DNA of 64,000 nt from Macrostomum lignano (taxonomy: Eukaryota): the NCBI GenBank assembly GCA_002269645.1, contig NIVC01002387.1, positions 1 to 64,000 of the forward strand, in the 5' to 3' direction. Shown here piece after piece: positions 1 to 11,359 of this stretch. How positions within the stretch are numbered: the first letter of the stretch is position 1; each line of letters begins with the position of its first letter. The position numbers and the translations under genes were made by a program. Under the pieces are notes generated by a model. It had not been told where the DNA came from. It saw only the letters and a list, made by a program, of their open reading frames with translations, and did not search any database.

Positions 1-204
1 AGAATCATAGAATATCGCCACTGAAGATCTATTCAAAACGGATTAAGTGATTTACAGGCTGTAGATTACACTGCTCAATGACCGTTTCTGTTCATAACAT
101 AATTCATGTATTCATCAAATGAGATTCTTTTCCTAGAAAATTCACTTGAAAATAAACTGGCTAACACTTACACCGCTCAAAAAACGCTCTCCTCCTTGAT
201 TCAG

Positions 205-418
205 GCGTAGGCAAATATTCAACGAATTCAAGACCGCCTCTGCCGCCACCGCCGCCGTCGGAGTTTCAATGGCAATTGGAAGCGTCGCCACCTGGACTTT
301 CAATTATTTCAGCGCCAATACTCCATGGGAGTCAGAAACGAGCAGGCAACAGCAGCAGAGAGGCCGTCGAAGTTCCAACAGTCCGACTATTGATAGAGGC
401 CAAATATATTTTGGTTAG
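205..418 (+). CDS. Possible terminal exon of a gene entering from upstream of the window (unknown product with a short hydrophobic segment)
   Basis: A pyrimidine-rich acceptor ctctcctccttgattcag ends at 204. The frame RRQIFNEFKTASAATAAVGVSMAIGSVATWTFNYFSANTPWESETSRQQQQRGRRSSNSPTIDRGQIYFG stays open to TAG at 416-418, and AATAAA lies near 550. No family recognised. Confidence 0.3.
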
Positions 419-924
419 CCAGTTTCTTCAATAACTTGTCAAATGGGTTGAGAGAATCGAATCATCCTTTCAGTTTCAGCTAGTCACTGCAAACAGGCAT
501 GCTAGAATAATTTCTTTGAAGCAATCCATTTGGATTGGAATAAAGACTGAATAAAGATTACCTCCTAATTGCAGAATGATAACTAAGGGCGGGGCGCTTT
601 CGCAACGCCAAAATTTCAAAAACATTGAAAATCCAAAAGTCAGCTGCATAGGGAGTACTTCACAATGCCGAAATTTCACATCGAATTTGTGACATCTCAT
701 ATAGACGCTCGTAACTAGAGTGCAATTCGCGTGAAAATCCGGTGTTTTTGATAAAGGCTTATCAATTTTTTCGTCGGCAATCAAGCCCGCCAATCACCCT
801 CTCCAATTTCGTGCGCTGTTATAGCCAGCGACTTCCAATCAACCTTCCGCGCGGGTAAGAGATGGTTTAGCTTATCTATTGTCTCATCGACCGTCAACCC
901 CACCAGCCACCCCCCCTCAAATTG

Positions 925-1515
925 AGTGGCGCTGTTAGCTAGCGACTTTCAGCCAACCCTTCTGCGCGGGTAAGAGATGGTTGAAGCTTATCGATTTTAG
1001 TGGCGCTGTTAGCTAGCGACTTTCAGCCAACCCTTCTGCGCGGGTAAGAGATGGTTGAAGCTTATCGATTTTAGTGGCGCTGTTAGCTAGCGACTTTCAG
1101 CCAACCCTTCTGCGCGGGTAAGAGATGGTTGAAGCTTATCGATTTTAGTGGCGCTGTTAGCTAGCGACTTTCAGCCAACCCTTCTGCGCGGGTAAGAGAT
1201 GGTTGAAGCTTATCGATTTTAGTGGCGCTGTTAGCTAGCGACTTTCAGCCAACCCTTCTGCGCGGTAAGAGATGGTTGAAGCTTATCGATTTTAGTGGCG
1301 CTGTTAGCTAGCGACTTTCAGCCAACCCTTCTGCGCGGGTAAGAGATGGTTGAAGCTTATCGATTTTAGTGGCGCTGTTAGCTAGCGACTTTCAGCCAAC
1401 CCTTCTGCGCGGTAAGAGATGGTTGAAGCTTATCGATTTTAGTGGCGCTGTTAGCTAGCGACTTTCAGCCAACCCTTCTGCGCGGGTAAGAGATGGTTGA
1501 AGCTTATCGATTTTT
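925..1515. repeat. Tandem repeat, 74-bp unit, about 8 copies
   Basis: The unit agtggcgctgttagctagcgactttcagccaacccttctgcgcgggtaagagatggttgaagcttatcgatttt starts at 925, 999, 1073, 1147, 1221, 1294, 1368 and 1441. A diverged partial copy lies at about 815-880. Confidence 0.95.
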
Positions 1516-2412
1516 TCGTCGGCGTCAACCCCAACCCTCTATTTTTTGCAAACGCCGCTAACCCATACTTAATTACCCCTCGGTTTTGCATGGTGGATTC
1601 GCCTTATCTATTTTAAAGGCTAAGCTCTATACGAGTTTTCCTACCCCTGACGATCCCTGGAATTAATGTGATGCCTGTCCTGCCAAAATATATTTGAGAT
1701 TGAGACTAGGAGCGAATAATACTTCTAAGAGTATGCATAGCAGGGCGCATGATTTTATCTCTGGCAGATTTGCAATGGTTTTTTGTTTGGAATGAGTCAG
1801 AAATGTACTACAAATTGACTGTTCATATTATGCTTGAATATACATGCTACGTGAAAAGAAAATCGAATACTTGTCTCATGGTTGTTTTGTAACTAAATGC
1901 TTTATACTTCTAACTCGCTACGTTTTCTCATGTAGCACTGTAGCATTGGTTGTAGCTCGTAATTTTATTAAACAGAAAAATAGCAACGTAACGCAACACA
2001 ACGTAATGCGCCACTGTAAAATATGTTGGACTTCATTTCACCAATACCTTTTCAATGGATGTTTGAAATGACTAACGTTTACTGTTGTTGCTCTTTCACT
2101 TTTGCAATGTAAATGCTGATTAGTTGGTTCAGTGTATTCTTATGCAGAATTTTTTCAATCAACAAATAATAATACAGGAATCAAGAAACATAAACGCCTA
2201 AAATTATTAATATCAAAAAATTTCTGAAAATTCTGAAACAAAATAAGGAAGGTTGCATAAGGGTTGTTATTCATTTTGTCTATGGCTTTAAACTGATAGC
2301 AGGGCTCTATTAAAAATGACGTTGTGCTCAAGCCGTTACTATGAGAGACTCGGCTCTTTTTCTATTTGTGAAAATCAAAAACGGCGTTATAGAAGATATA
2401 GATAAAGAAAGC

Positions 2413-2610
2413 ATGAGCTATCCCCACAGCCTTGCTACAGGCGACTTCGGACCAGTCAAAGAACCTGGCAACGACGTGGAACAGTTCGACGGACGTATTG
2501 AGGTGGCAGCATTTGTGTTCACCTGCCTAGTCATGGCCTTAGTGTTCGGCCTTGTGTACTGGAATCGAGCCCGGCAGACTGCGCGAACAACTCTTCCAAT
2601 TGGCCTTTGA
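2413..2610 (+). CDS. Putative small single-pass membrane protein (65 aa)
   Basis: MSYPHSLATGDFGPVKEPGNDVEQFDGRIEVAAFVFTCLVMALVFGLVYWNRARQTARTTLPIGL has an acidic N-terminus, a hydrophobic stretch of about 20 aa and basic residues after it. It is a more GC-rich island in AT-rich DNA. No homolog recognised. Confidence 0.4.
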   Translation: MSYPHSLATGDFGPVKEPGNDVEQFDGRIEVAAFVFTCLVMALVFGLVYWNRARQTARTTLPIGL

Positions 2611-3370
2611 TTGGCCTGTACGTAAGCCTTGAGCCATGGAGCGTTGTTTTGTCAATTTAATCTTGCGTTGGCTCATTACTGTACATTTAATATACGCTCG
2701 TACAGAGTTGAACTTTATCTCACTTCAAACTATGTTGTTAATCCAGGAAACTGTGCCATATGCCTTACCTATAGTTCTGGAGAAATGCATTTAATCCGTG
2801 ACAATTTTTTCCGCGAACCTGCATGTATATGAAGCAACGCATGCAAGTGAATGAAGTTCAATAATAGCGGTGCCTTGCTGAGGCTTTTGCCAGAGCGATG
2901 TTGCGATGCTTCCCTGAAGTTAAAGATCTTTAGATATCTGCTTTTTGTTGCTATTGGAGATGTATATTTATCGCAATGTCCCCAAAAACTACCAACAACA
3001 GACGCAGTCCAAAAGGGTCTGAAAGTTCAAGGGAAATTCGGCCTCATCTGGTGGTGTCGGTACGAAAAAATCTAAAAATAAATTCATCCAACGGCTAATA
3101 AACTCTGTGATGCTATTAAACAAACTACAAACTCGTATATATGATGCTGGTACATGCATAAAAACTGTTGTTCCTTAGCGACGATTCAATTCAAATTGAA
3201 TAACACAGAGCCCAAGCACATGACTAGTTTGAATGCGGAACAGTGACGCTTTCAGCTGTTATTGATAAAGCGTGCCGAAATACTGCGGAACAGGATTAAA
3301 TCAGATACGCAACAAAAGTGTATTTTGCAATCCGATTTATTTAAGAAGTTTACAACAGATCACAAATACG

Positions 3371-3715
3371 AGAATAACTAGATGGGCCACTCAGCACATT
3401 TGCGTGTAAGCTACTTTCAGTTCAGTAGTAAGGTAAACAGAAGCATTTTTATGCATTTTTACAACCAACTTGGCTCTTACCCCAGCTTAAACCCTCCAAC
3501 TGCTCCTTTCCAATCTACCCCCGCCCCCCGCCTGCCCCAATTTTTATTGCCTTTCTCGGAATTCCAGCCTAAAGCTGCCATGTACATTTCAGGGGACTGG
3601 CTAATGTACATTACTCCTGAAGCAATTAGCAAGTTGTTTACGCCTGCAAGCTTGGCTTCTAAACCTATCAAAGTCATTTCAGCTGCCTTTCTTATATATT
3701 TTTATAAAATAGCTT
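3371..3715 (-). mobile_element. Dispersed non-coding repeat, second copy at 45431-45780; possibly a Helitron-type end
   Basis: It aligns by eye along its length with 45431-45780 (aataactagatgggccactcag...gtcatttcagc.gcc). Read on the minus strand, both copies end in CTAG followed by T. Confidence 0.6.
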
Positions 3716-4418
3716 ATGCATTCTTATTTGCTACTGAACTGAAAGTAGAAAGCTGTTTTACTAAGCATATATGCCTGTGCAGCCCATCTAGTCATTTTTG
3801 TATCTGTACAACAGATGAAACATTTGACAATTAGACACAAGCAAAGAGGAAAAGGGGATAGATTGAAAACGGTATCTAAAAGCTTTAGGTTTGACACACT
3901 CAAAGACAGATTTAGTGTAGTTCAAGCCAGTACACTAATGAGAATAAGTTCGACTAGCTGTTTATTACGGTACGAGCGTAAAGACAAAATCTCACAAATG
4001 CGTTTTTTAAATTGCAGTATTTTTATGAGAAATCTAAATTGCAAAAATATGAAACACAATAAACACTGAATTATTTGGATTGTGGATTTTGATATTTTGT
4101 AAACCTTTGGACGCAGAGAAATTTTCGAATGAATTTATCGGTTATAACTAATTTATCTTGAGACAAACAATAGTAAAACAACAACTATTGGATATTGAAT
4201 AGAAAGCGAAACATCAAATAAAACAATTAGAAAACTTAAGGGCGCGACTCCCCTTTATTTGTGTTGTTTAACGCTGATAAGAAGACGTCGCAGATGCTCG
4301 TCAATCACTCAATCAGGGGCCAGTTTGTTGGGAATTCTGAAATTCAAATTTACAAATTGCTTTTTCGGTAGATCAGGAGTCGGAAAACTTTATTTACCCC
4401 GAGGGCCAGATAGGGAAG

Positions 4419-7400
4419 CTAGCGCATGACTGCAGGCTAGAGGAGGGGAAAAGAGGAGAGGGAATAAAGGAGAAGAGAGGAGTGGAAAGATAAATAAGAG
4501 AGGAGAAGGGAGAAAAGGGAGAGGAGAGAAGAGAGGAAAGGAGAGAAGAGGAGAGGAGAGAGGAAAGGGGAGAAGAGGAGAGGAGAGAAAAAAGGAGGAG
4601 AGGAGAGAAGAGGAGAGAGGAAAGGAAAGAAGAGGAGAGAGGAAAGGAGAGAAGAGGAGGAAAAGAGGAGAGAAGAGGAGAGAGGAAAGGAGAGAAGAGG
4701 AGGAAAAGAAAGGAGAGAAGAGGAAGAGAAAGGAGAGAAGAGGAGGAGAGGAAAGGAGAGAAGAGGAGAGGGGAGAGGAAAGGAGAGAAGAGGAGGAGAG
4801 AGGAAAGGAGAGAAGAGGAGGAGAGGAAAGGAGAGAAGAGGAGAGGAGAGAGGAAAGGAGAGAAGAGGAGAGAGAGAGGAAAGGAGAGAAGAGGAGAGGA
4901 GAGAGGAAAGGAGAGAAGAGGAGAGGAGAGAGGAAAGGAGAGAAGAGGAGAGGAGAGAGAAAGGAGGAGAGAAGAGGAGAGGAGAGAGGAAAGGAGAGAA
5001 GAGGAGAGGAGAGAGAAAGGAGGAGAGGAGAGAAGAGGAGAGAGGAAAGAAGAGAGGAGATTCGACTAGGGAGCTGAGAAGAGACACCAACCTCGAGCGG
5101 GCCGGATTGCTATTGTGAAGTTTAAAATAACCCGAGAGCCGGATGGAGAGGCTTCGCGTAGATCAACATCAACCTCAATAAAGAATACTCAAAACACCCT
5201 TAGTCTGGAGCACTTTAGTTAACAACTTTAAATCAACAATTATAGCTATATTACATGCTGCTTAATAACTATTAATTGTCACGACAGCATTAAACTAAGC
5301 AAGTAACCATGCATTCGACAGCTTCAACTCACATCGATGCCTTCATCCGGGTGCTCCCTGTTGTACTGCTCCTCGAACTGTCTGAGCTCTTCCTCGTTGA
5401 ACGGCTTGTCTTCATCACTCTCTTCCGCAGTCTGTTGATTAACAAGGGCATTGGTGCGGTTTTATATATTTTGATTCGGGATAGTTTCGGTTTCAGATCA
5501 TTGGATTCGGGAAAGTTTCGGTTTTAGATCGTTGGATTCGGGATAGTTTCGGTTTCAGATAAACAGATTGGGATAGTTTTGGTTTCAGATCATCAGATTC
5601 GGGATGGTTTCGGTTTCATATCATCAGGTTGGGGATGGTTTCGGTTTTAGATCATCAGATTCGGGATAGTTTTGGTTGATATTAATCAGATTCGGGATAG
5701 TTTCGGTTTCAGATCATCAGATTCGGAATGGTTTCGGTTTCATATCATCAGGTTGGGGATGGTTTCGGTTTCAGATCATCAGGTTGGGGTTGGTTTCGGT
5801 TTCAAATCATTGGATTCGGGACGATTTTAGGGTAAAAATATTGAAAATCTGCAGCACAAAGGCTCTCAGACTCACCTTCCATTCTTCATCTTTGTTCGCC
5901 TCTTGGCTGCTAATCCAGGCATTAAACTCCTCCCAACTGACCATCCTATCCTTGTTCTTGTCCAGTCTCATGAGCACAGCCCGGCGCATCCGCTCCATCT
6001 CGTGCTGCCGTTCCACCCGATCAACCGTTGTGTCATTCTCCTTGCTGTACACTTTGTCCAGCTGTAGGGTCGAAAAATGATTTAGCAGAGTGAATTTTAT
6101 CTCTATATCTATCTAATCTATCTACCTCAGCTCCCTCCTTCTATCTACCTCAGTTCCCTCCTTCTATCTACCTCAGCTCCCTTCCTCTATCGACCTCAGC
6201 TCCCTCCTTCTATCTACATCAGTTCCCTTCATCTATCTACCTCAGTTCCCTTCCTCTATCTACCTCAGCTCCCTCCTTCTATCTACCTCAGTTCCCTCCC
6301 TCTATCTACCTCAGCTCCCTTCCTCTATCTACCCCAGTTCCCTTCCTCTATCTACCTCAGCTCCCTCCCTCTATCTACCTCAGCTCCCTCCCTCTATCTA
6401 CCTCAGCTCCCTTCCTCTATCTACCTCAGCTCCCTCCTTCTATCTACCTCAGTTCCCTCCTTCTATCTACCTCAGCTCCCTCCTTCTATCTACCTCAGTT
6501 CCCTTCCTCTATCTACCTCAGCTCCCTTCCTCTATCGACCTCAGCTCCCTCCTTCTATCTACATCAGTTCCCTTCATCTATCTACCTCAGTTCCCTTCCT
6601 CTATCTACCTCAGCTCCCTTCCTCTATCTACCTCAGCTCCCTCCTTCTATCTACCTCAGTTCCCTCCTTCTATCTACCTCAGTTCCCTCCCTCTATCTAC
6701 CTCAGCTCCCTCCCTCTATTTACCTCAGTTCCCTCCCTCTATCTACCTCAGTTCCCTCCTTCTATCTACCTCAGCTCCCTCCTTCTATCTACCTCAGCTC
6801 CCTCCTTCTATCTACCTCAGCTCCCTCCTTCTATCTACCTCAGCTCCCTCCTTCTATCTACCTCAGCTCCCTCCTTCTATCTACCTCAGTTCCCTCCTTC
6901 TATCTATTTCAGCTCCCTCCTTCTATCTACCTCAGCTCCCTTCCTCTATCGACCTCAGCTCCCTCCTTCTATCTACATCAGTTCCCTTCATCTATCTACC
7001 TCAGTTCCCTTCCTCTATCTACCTCAGCTCCCTTCCTCTACGAGTATCTACCTCAGCTCCCTCCCTCTATCTACCTCAGTTCCCTCCTTCTATCTACCTC
7101 ACTTCCCTCACTCTATCTACCTCAGTTCCCTCCTTCTATCTACCTCACTTCCCTCCCTCTATCTACCTCAGTTCCCTCCCTCTATCTACCTCAGCTCCCT
7201 CCCTCTATCTACCTCAGTTCCCTCCTTCTATCTACCTCACTTCCCTCACTCTATCTACCTCAGTTCCCTCCTTCTATCTACATCAGTTCCCTCCTTCTAT
7301 CTACCTCAGCTCCCTCCCTCTATCTACCTCAGTTCCCTCCTTCTATCTACCTCAGTTCCCTCCTTCTATCTACCTCAGCTCCCTCCCTCTATCTACCTCA

Positions 7401-10400
7401 GTTCCCTCCTTCTATCTACCTCAGCTCCCTCCCTCTATCTACCTCAGCTCCCTCCTTCTATCTACATCAGTTCCCTCCCTCTATCTACCTCAGCTCCCTC
7501 CTTCTATCTACCTCAGTTCCCTCCTTCTATCTACCTCAGCTCCCTCCCTCTATCTACCTCAGTTCCCTCCTTCTATCTACCTCAGCTCCCTCCCTCTATC
7601 TACCTCAGCTCCCTCCTTCTATCTACATCAGTTCCCTTCCTCTATCTACCTCAGTTCCCTCCTATCTACCTCAGCTCCCTCCCTCTATCTACCTCAGCTA
7701 ACTCCCACTATCTACATCAGTTCCCTCCTTCGATATACCTCAGTTCCCTTTCTCTATCGACCTCAGTTCCCTTCCTCTATCTACATCGACGAGGCCAACC
7801 TCTTTCCAAAACAAGGCTTCGATTTCGTTCACATCCATGTGTCCATCGCCATTGATATCTGTAAGAGATCGAAAGACAGATTTAAGTTAAAACAGTTGGT
7901 GAATTGGCAATAAACTTCAAATTTAATGATATGTTTGGGTGCTATTGACTAACCGTGTAGCATAAAAAATGCTTTCGGATCAAAGGAGTCTCGATCCATT
8001 CGATCGCCCTTCTCCCAGGCTTCTTTTAGTTGTTCGCGACTGCCCTGAAATTTATGAATTTGGACAGTAATAATAAGAATGTGAGCGCTATCATTTTTGG
8101 CAAAGATAGAGTCAAATTCATGGAGGAAAGAATAGAATGGAGTGCTAATCTGAGCCAGTTATTTCTGTCTCGCTTGATCTTTACTTTTCGGATCCCTTCC
8201 CCCCGTTCCTTCCTATTGGCTCGTGACTGTCATAGACAACCCCCGTTCCTTCCTATTGGCTCGTGACTGTCATAGACAACCCCCGTTCCTTCCTATTGGC
8301 TCGTGACTGTCATAGACAACCCCCCGTTCCTTCCTATTGGCTCGTGACTGTCATAGACAACCCCCCGTTCCTTCCTATTGGCTCGTGACTGTCATAGACA
8401 ACCCCCCGTTCCTTCCTATTGGCTCGTGACTGTCATAGACAAAGTCGTTTTCGCTTTCGCCCCCGTCTGAAAGGTCTGTCCCTGCCATAGATCTTATATT
8501 TCCTAGATAGGCCACTCTCAATGCATTCAATAGGAAAAGACCGACCACGCAAATTATTTAAGCCGACAGCGCCTGAGACAAGTCTGAGGTCAGTAGCTTA
8601 AGGGACATGTATTTCATTTGCATGTTTAACTGTTTTGTTTGACTAACAATTTTCCATTCGTTGGCTTAAGTGAAATATACATCATTTGCAAGCATTATAC
8701 TGAAAATAGCTAAATATGCCTTTAAAAAACTCTTGATACACGCACAAGCTACTGACCTGGTACCGTGGTCGTAAAAACTGTCAAGAAATACAATTCGGCC
8801 CTATATGGGCATGCTTGTGGTCGCTGAGTGGCTTATCTAGGAAATATAAGATATATGGTCCCAGCATAGTACGAGCTCACATCAAAATATGCTTTCAGCC
8901 AATAGGAAGGACCGGGGAAAAGGGATGCTAAAAGTGAAGAACGAGCGAGACAAAAATAACTGACTCAGATTAGCACACTATTCCAGACACTATTCGATCA
9001 GAGCTTCACTGCTCACCGGTTGATGCACCCGCTCGTGCCTGCGGTGCCGTTCCCTCTCAGCCCGCATCTGCTGTTCGGCCGCTTCCCGCGCTTTCTTATC
9101 CTTGATGCGGCGCAGTCTGGCCCGCCGGCTGTGCTCCTTGCCCATCTCGTAGCGTTTGTACTCGGCCTCGCGCGCCTGGTCCACCTGGTCAATGTCCTGC
9201 GTCACCTGGTTAATTAGCTTCTGCAGGTCAGCTATTTCGAATGTGTGCGGATTCGAATGGTCCAGATGAGCCCGTTTGATTGTAGCCTCGTCCAGGCTCT
9301 GCAGCCCAAAGCGGAACTTGGCGCGGGACGCTTTGCCTGGGTTGGCCTGAGAGCGCAAGCGGTGTTGAGATACTTGGCAATTGCTTCGTAAGCAGAGAGG
9401 AAGATTGAGAAACAAGAGAGAAATTAAAACTTGCTATTAGCCCAATGAAAACAATACCTAGGCCAAGAAGCCTTCCAGAGTCACGTGCGTCGCCCAGGGT
9501 CGTTTCAGAATCGTTGCAGATGACACAGGTAAAATTAGCAAACCCGTTGAAAACTTTACCGTGACAATGATCGCTAAAAAGTCGTTACAAACAACTCACT
9601 AGTGACTCTAGCGACTTCTTAACGACTCAAACGCATCTAATGCGACTATTGCGTCACAAGCGTGTCACGTGAGTTTTAGAATTGTAAAAGAGTCGCGAAA
9701 GAGTCGTCCAAGAATCGTTGTGTTCGCGCTTAACTTCTTTCCTATTTTAGCTGTCTTACCTGCAACGACTCTGAAATGACTCTGGCCGGACGATCCCGTT
9801 TTTATCGGGAAAGAATTGGCTTTAAACGACTCTAAAACGACGGGATGTTACGGCACAAGTGGCCTAAAAGTCGTCAAAGAGTGAAGCGTTTTGTTGTCTG
9901 CGACTATGAAACGACTCTGGGGCGACGGTATAACGACTCTGGGGTCCGTAGAGTCGCAATTAAGGCATGTTAGAAACGCTGTAGAGTCACCGAGTTGTGT
10001 TTGAAGCGCATTCACATCGCTTGATTAACCAGAGTCACATCTCTAGAGAAAGTCAGCGCCAACACATCGATTCTTGGACGACTCTTTCGCGACTCTTTTA
10101 CGATTCTACAACTTACGTGACGCGCTTGTGACGCAACAGTCACCTCTCCGTCACATTAGACGCGTTTGAGTGGTTAAAAAGTCACAAGAGTCGCTTCAAA
10201 GTCGCAACAGTCACTAGACAGTTGTTTCCAAAGACTTTTTAGCGATTCTTGTCACGGTAACGTTTTCAACGGGTGGACAGTAGAGGTCGGACGGGATCCC
10301 GATCCCGATCCCGAAATCTCGAAATCCCGAGGAAAATTGAATTCCCGCGGGACCAGAATCCCGACCCTAAAAAAGTCGAGATTCGGGAACAGGTCTTTCG

Positions 10401-11359
10401 ATTAATAATTTATAGAATTAGTGATTACTTAAAGGTATTTTGCTTCAACTTGTACGCGTTACATTATTTACTTTGTTGGTTACAAAACTTCATATCAATT
10501 TCGTTGTGTTTTATTTCTTGATCTTGACAATCTTTTCTCAATTTTGTTTAACTTTACATGGACAATACACTAAAAGACCTGATCCCGATTCCCGAATCCC
10601 GATCCCGATCCCGAGAAAAAAATTATTCCTGATCCCGATCCCGCCCGAAGATTTCAATCCCGTCCGACCTCTAGTGGACAGAGAGGGCAGCTGGAGGATG
10701 GTGATAAATGTGACTAAAAATAGTTAAGAACTGCTCAAAACGTAAGCGATTCAATTACTGAAGTCCAAGAAGTTCAGGCTAGTTGAATATCGAGTAAACA
10801 AAATAGAAATAAATTCACACCTTTAAGGCCAGCTTGTCTTCAAGCGCTTTTTCAAGCTCATTCAGTCGTTCCACCTCCTGTCGTTTGATCTCGTCAAGGC
10901 GGTTGCGCACGGAGTGGCTGGCGAATTCAAGCTGGTTAGCCATTTCGTCGGACTGATGGATTGAGATTTAGGCAATACACATTGAAGCTGGTGAATTTAG
11001 TCATTTATTATACTGGTGTTAATTGAAAGTCCAAAAATCATTCCAACACTCACATCATTCATACTTCGAAGTCGATTGGCGAATTCTTTGTCGCTCTCCA
11101 TGGCGCTAATCACTTCGGACAGATACTGTCTGTACGAGACATCCGGCTGAGATGAGTGTTAAATGGACAATTATGCTAGTTAGAATTTTATATGCTGGCT
11201 TTTATTTCAACTACATGTACATAAAATATAACTTACCAAAACATTATCAGGCAATCTTTCTGATTCAGCTTTCTTTTCCTCTTTCGAAACTGGGACACTG
11301 TGGGTGCAGCTAATTAGTAAGAAAGCGCTGATCAGAAACAGTTTAATGGACGGTGTCAT
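4419..11359 (-). CDS. NUCB: Nucleobindin (NUCB1/NUCB2 family EF-hand calcium-binding secretory protein)
   Basis: Exons (minus): 11359-11237, 11146-11054, 10952-10821, 9346-9017, 8044-7954, 7858-7800, 6061-5876, 5431-5333, then probably 5109-5092 and 4436-4419. All introns are GT-AG with compatible phases. Hallmarks are the signal peptide MTPSIKLFLISAFLLISCTHS, HSVRNRLDEIKRQEVERL, HLDHSNPHTFE, GSREQLKEAWE, EF-hands DINGDGHMDVNE and DKNKDRMVSWEE, and FNEEELRQFEE. The last two 18-nt exons are less certain; without them the frame stops at TGA 5326-5324. Confidence 0.92.
4440..5060. repeat. GA-rich low-complexity tract (last intron of nucleobindin)
   Basis: Degenerate gaggaaaggagagaagaggag repeats containing almost only G and A. 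Confidence 0.9.
5470..5825. repeat. Degenerate tandem repeat in a nucleobindin intron
   Basis: Recurring ttcgggatagtttcggtttcagatcatcaga-like units of about 30 bp. Confidence 0.8.
6115..7790. repeat. Minisatellite, 23-bp unit, about 70 copies, filling a nucleobindin intron
   Basis: The unit tctatctacctcag(c/t)tccctcc(t/c) repeats with a 23-nt period (cctcag at 6125 and 6148). Confidence 0.97.
8201..8442. repeat. Tandem repeat, 40-41 bp unit, about 6 copies
   Basis: The unit ccccgttccttcctattggctcgtgactgtcatagacaac repeats with tcgtgac at 8221 and 8261. Confidence 0.95.
8486..8857. mobile_element. MITE (372 bp) with TIRs of about 33 bp and an 8-bp TSD (hAT- or P-type)
   Basis: The TIRs are catagatcttatatttcctagataggccactc and gagtggcttatctaggaaatataagatatatg. 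The flanks gtccctgc (8478-8485) and gtcccagc (8858-8865) differ by one base. Confidence 0.8.
9542..10273. mobile_element. Foldback-like non-autonomous element with long inverted arms of about 190 bp
   Basis: acccgttgaaaactttaccgtgac...gagtcgcgaaagagtcgtccaagaatcg (9542-9720) is an imperfect reverse complement of cgattcttggacgactctttcgcgactc...gtcacggtaacgttttcaacgggt (10068-10274). The interior is rich in gactc/gagtc motifs. Confidence 0.75.
10281..10673. mobile_element. hAT-family MITE (393 bp)
   Basis: It has 17-bp TIRs tagaggtcggacgggat / atcccgtccgacctcta and a perfect 8-bp TSD gtggacag (10273-10280, 10674-10681), with subterminal atcccg repeats. Confidence 0.9.

Larger units (their letters stand above)
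8135..8982. mobile_element. Non-autonomous element with imperfect inverted termini of about 85 bp, containing a tandem array and a nested MITE
   Basis: gagtgctaatctgagccagttatttctgtctcgc...ccttcctattggc (about 8138-8220) is the reverse complement of gccaataggaagg...gcgagacaaaaataactgactcagattagcacac (about 8899-8978). No clear TSD. Confidence 0.65.

Noticed and set aside
925-1515. CRISPR-like appearance of the regular 74-bp array (also the 63-bp array at 23940-24200)
   Set aside because: The units are identical end to end with no unique spacers, there are no cas genes, and the context is eukaryotic.
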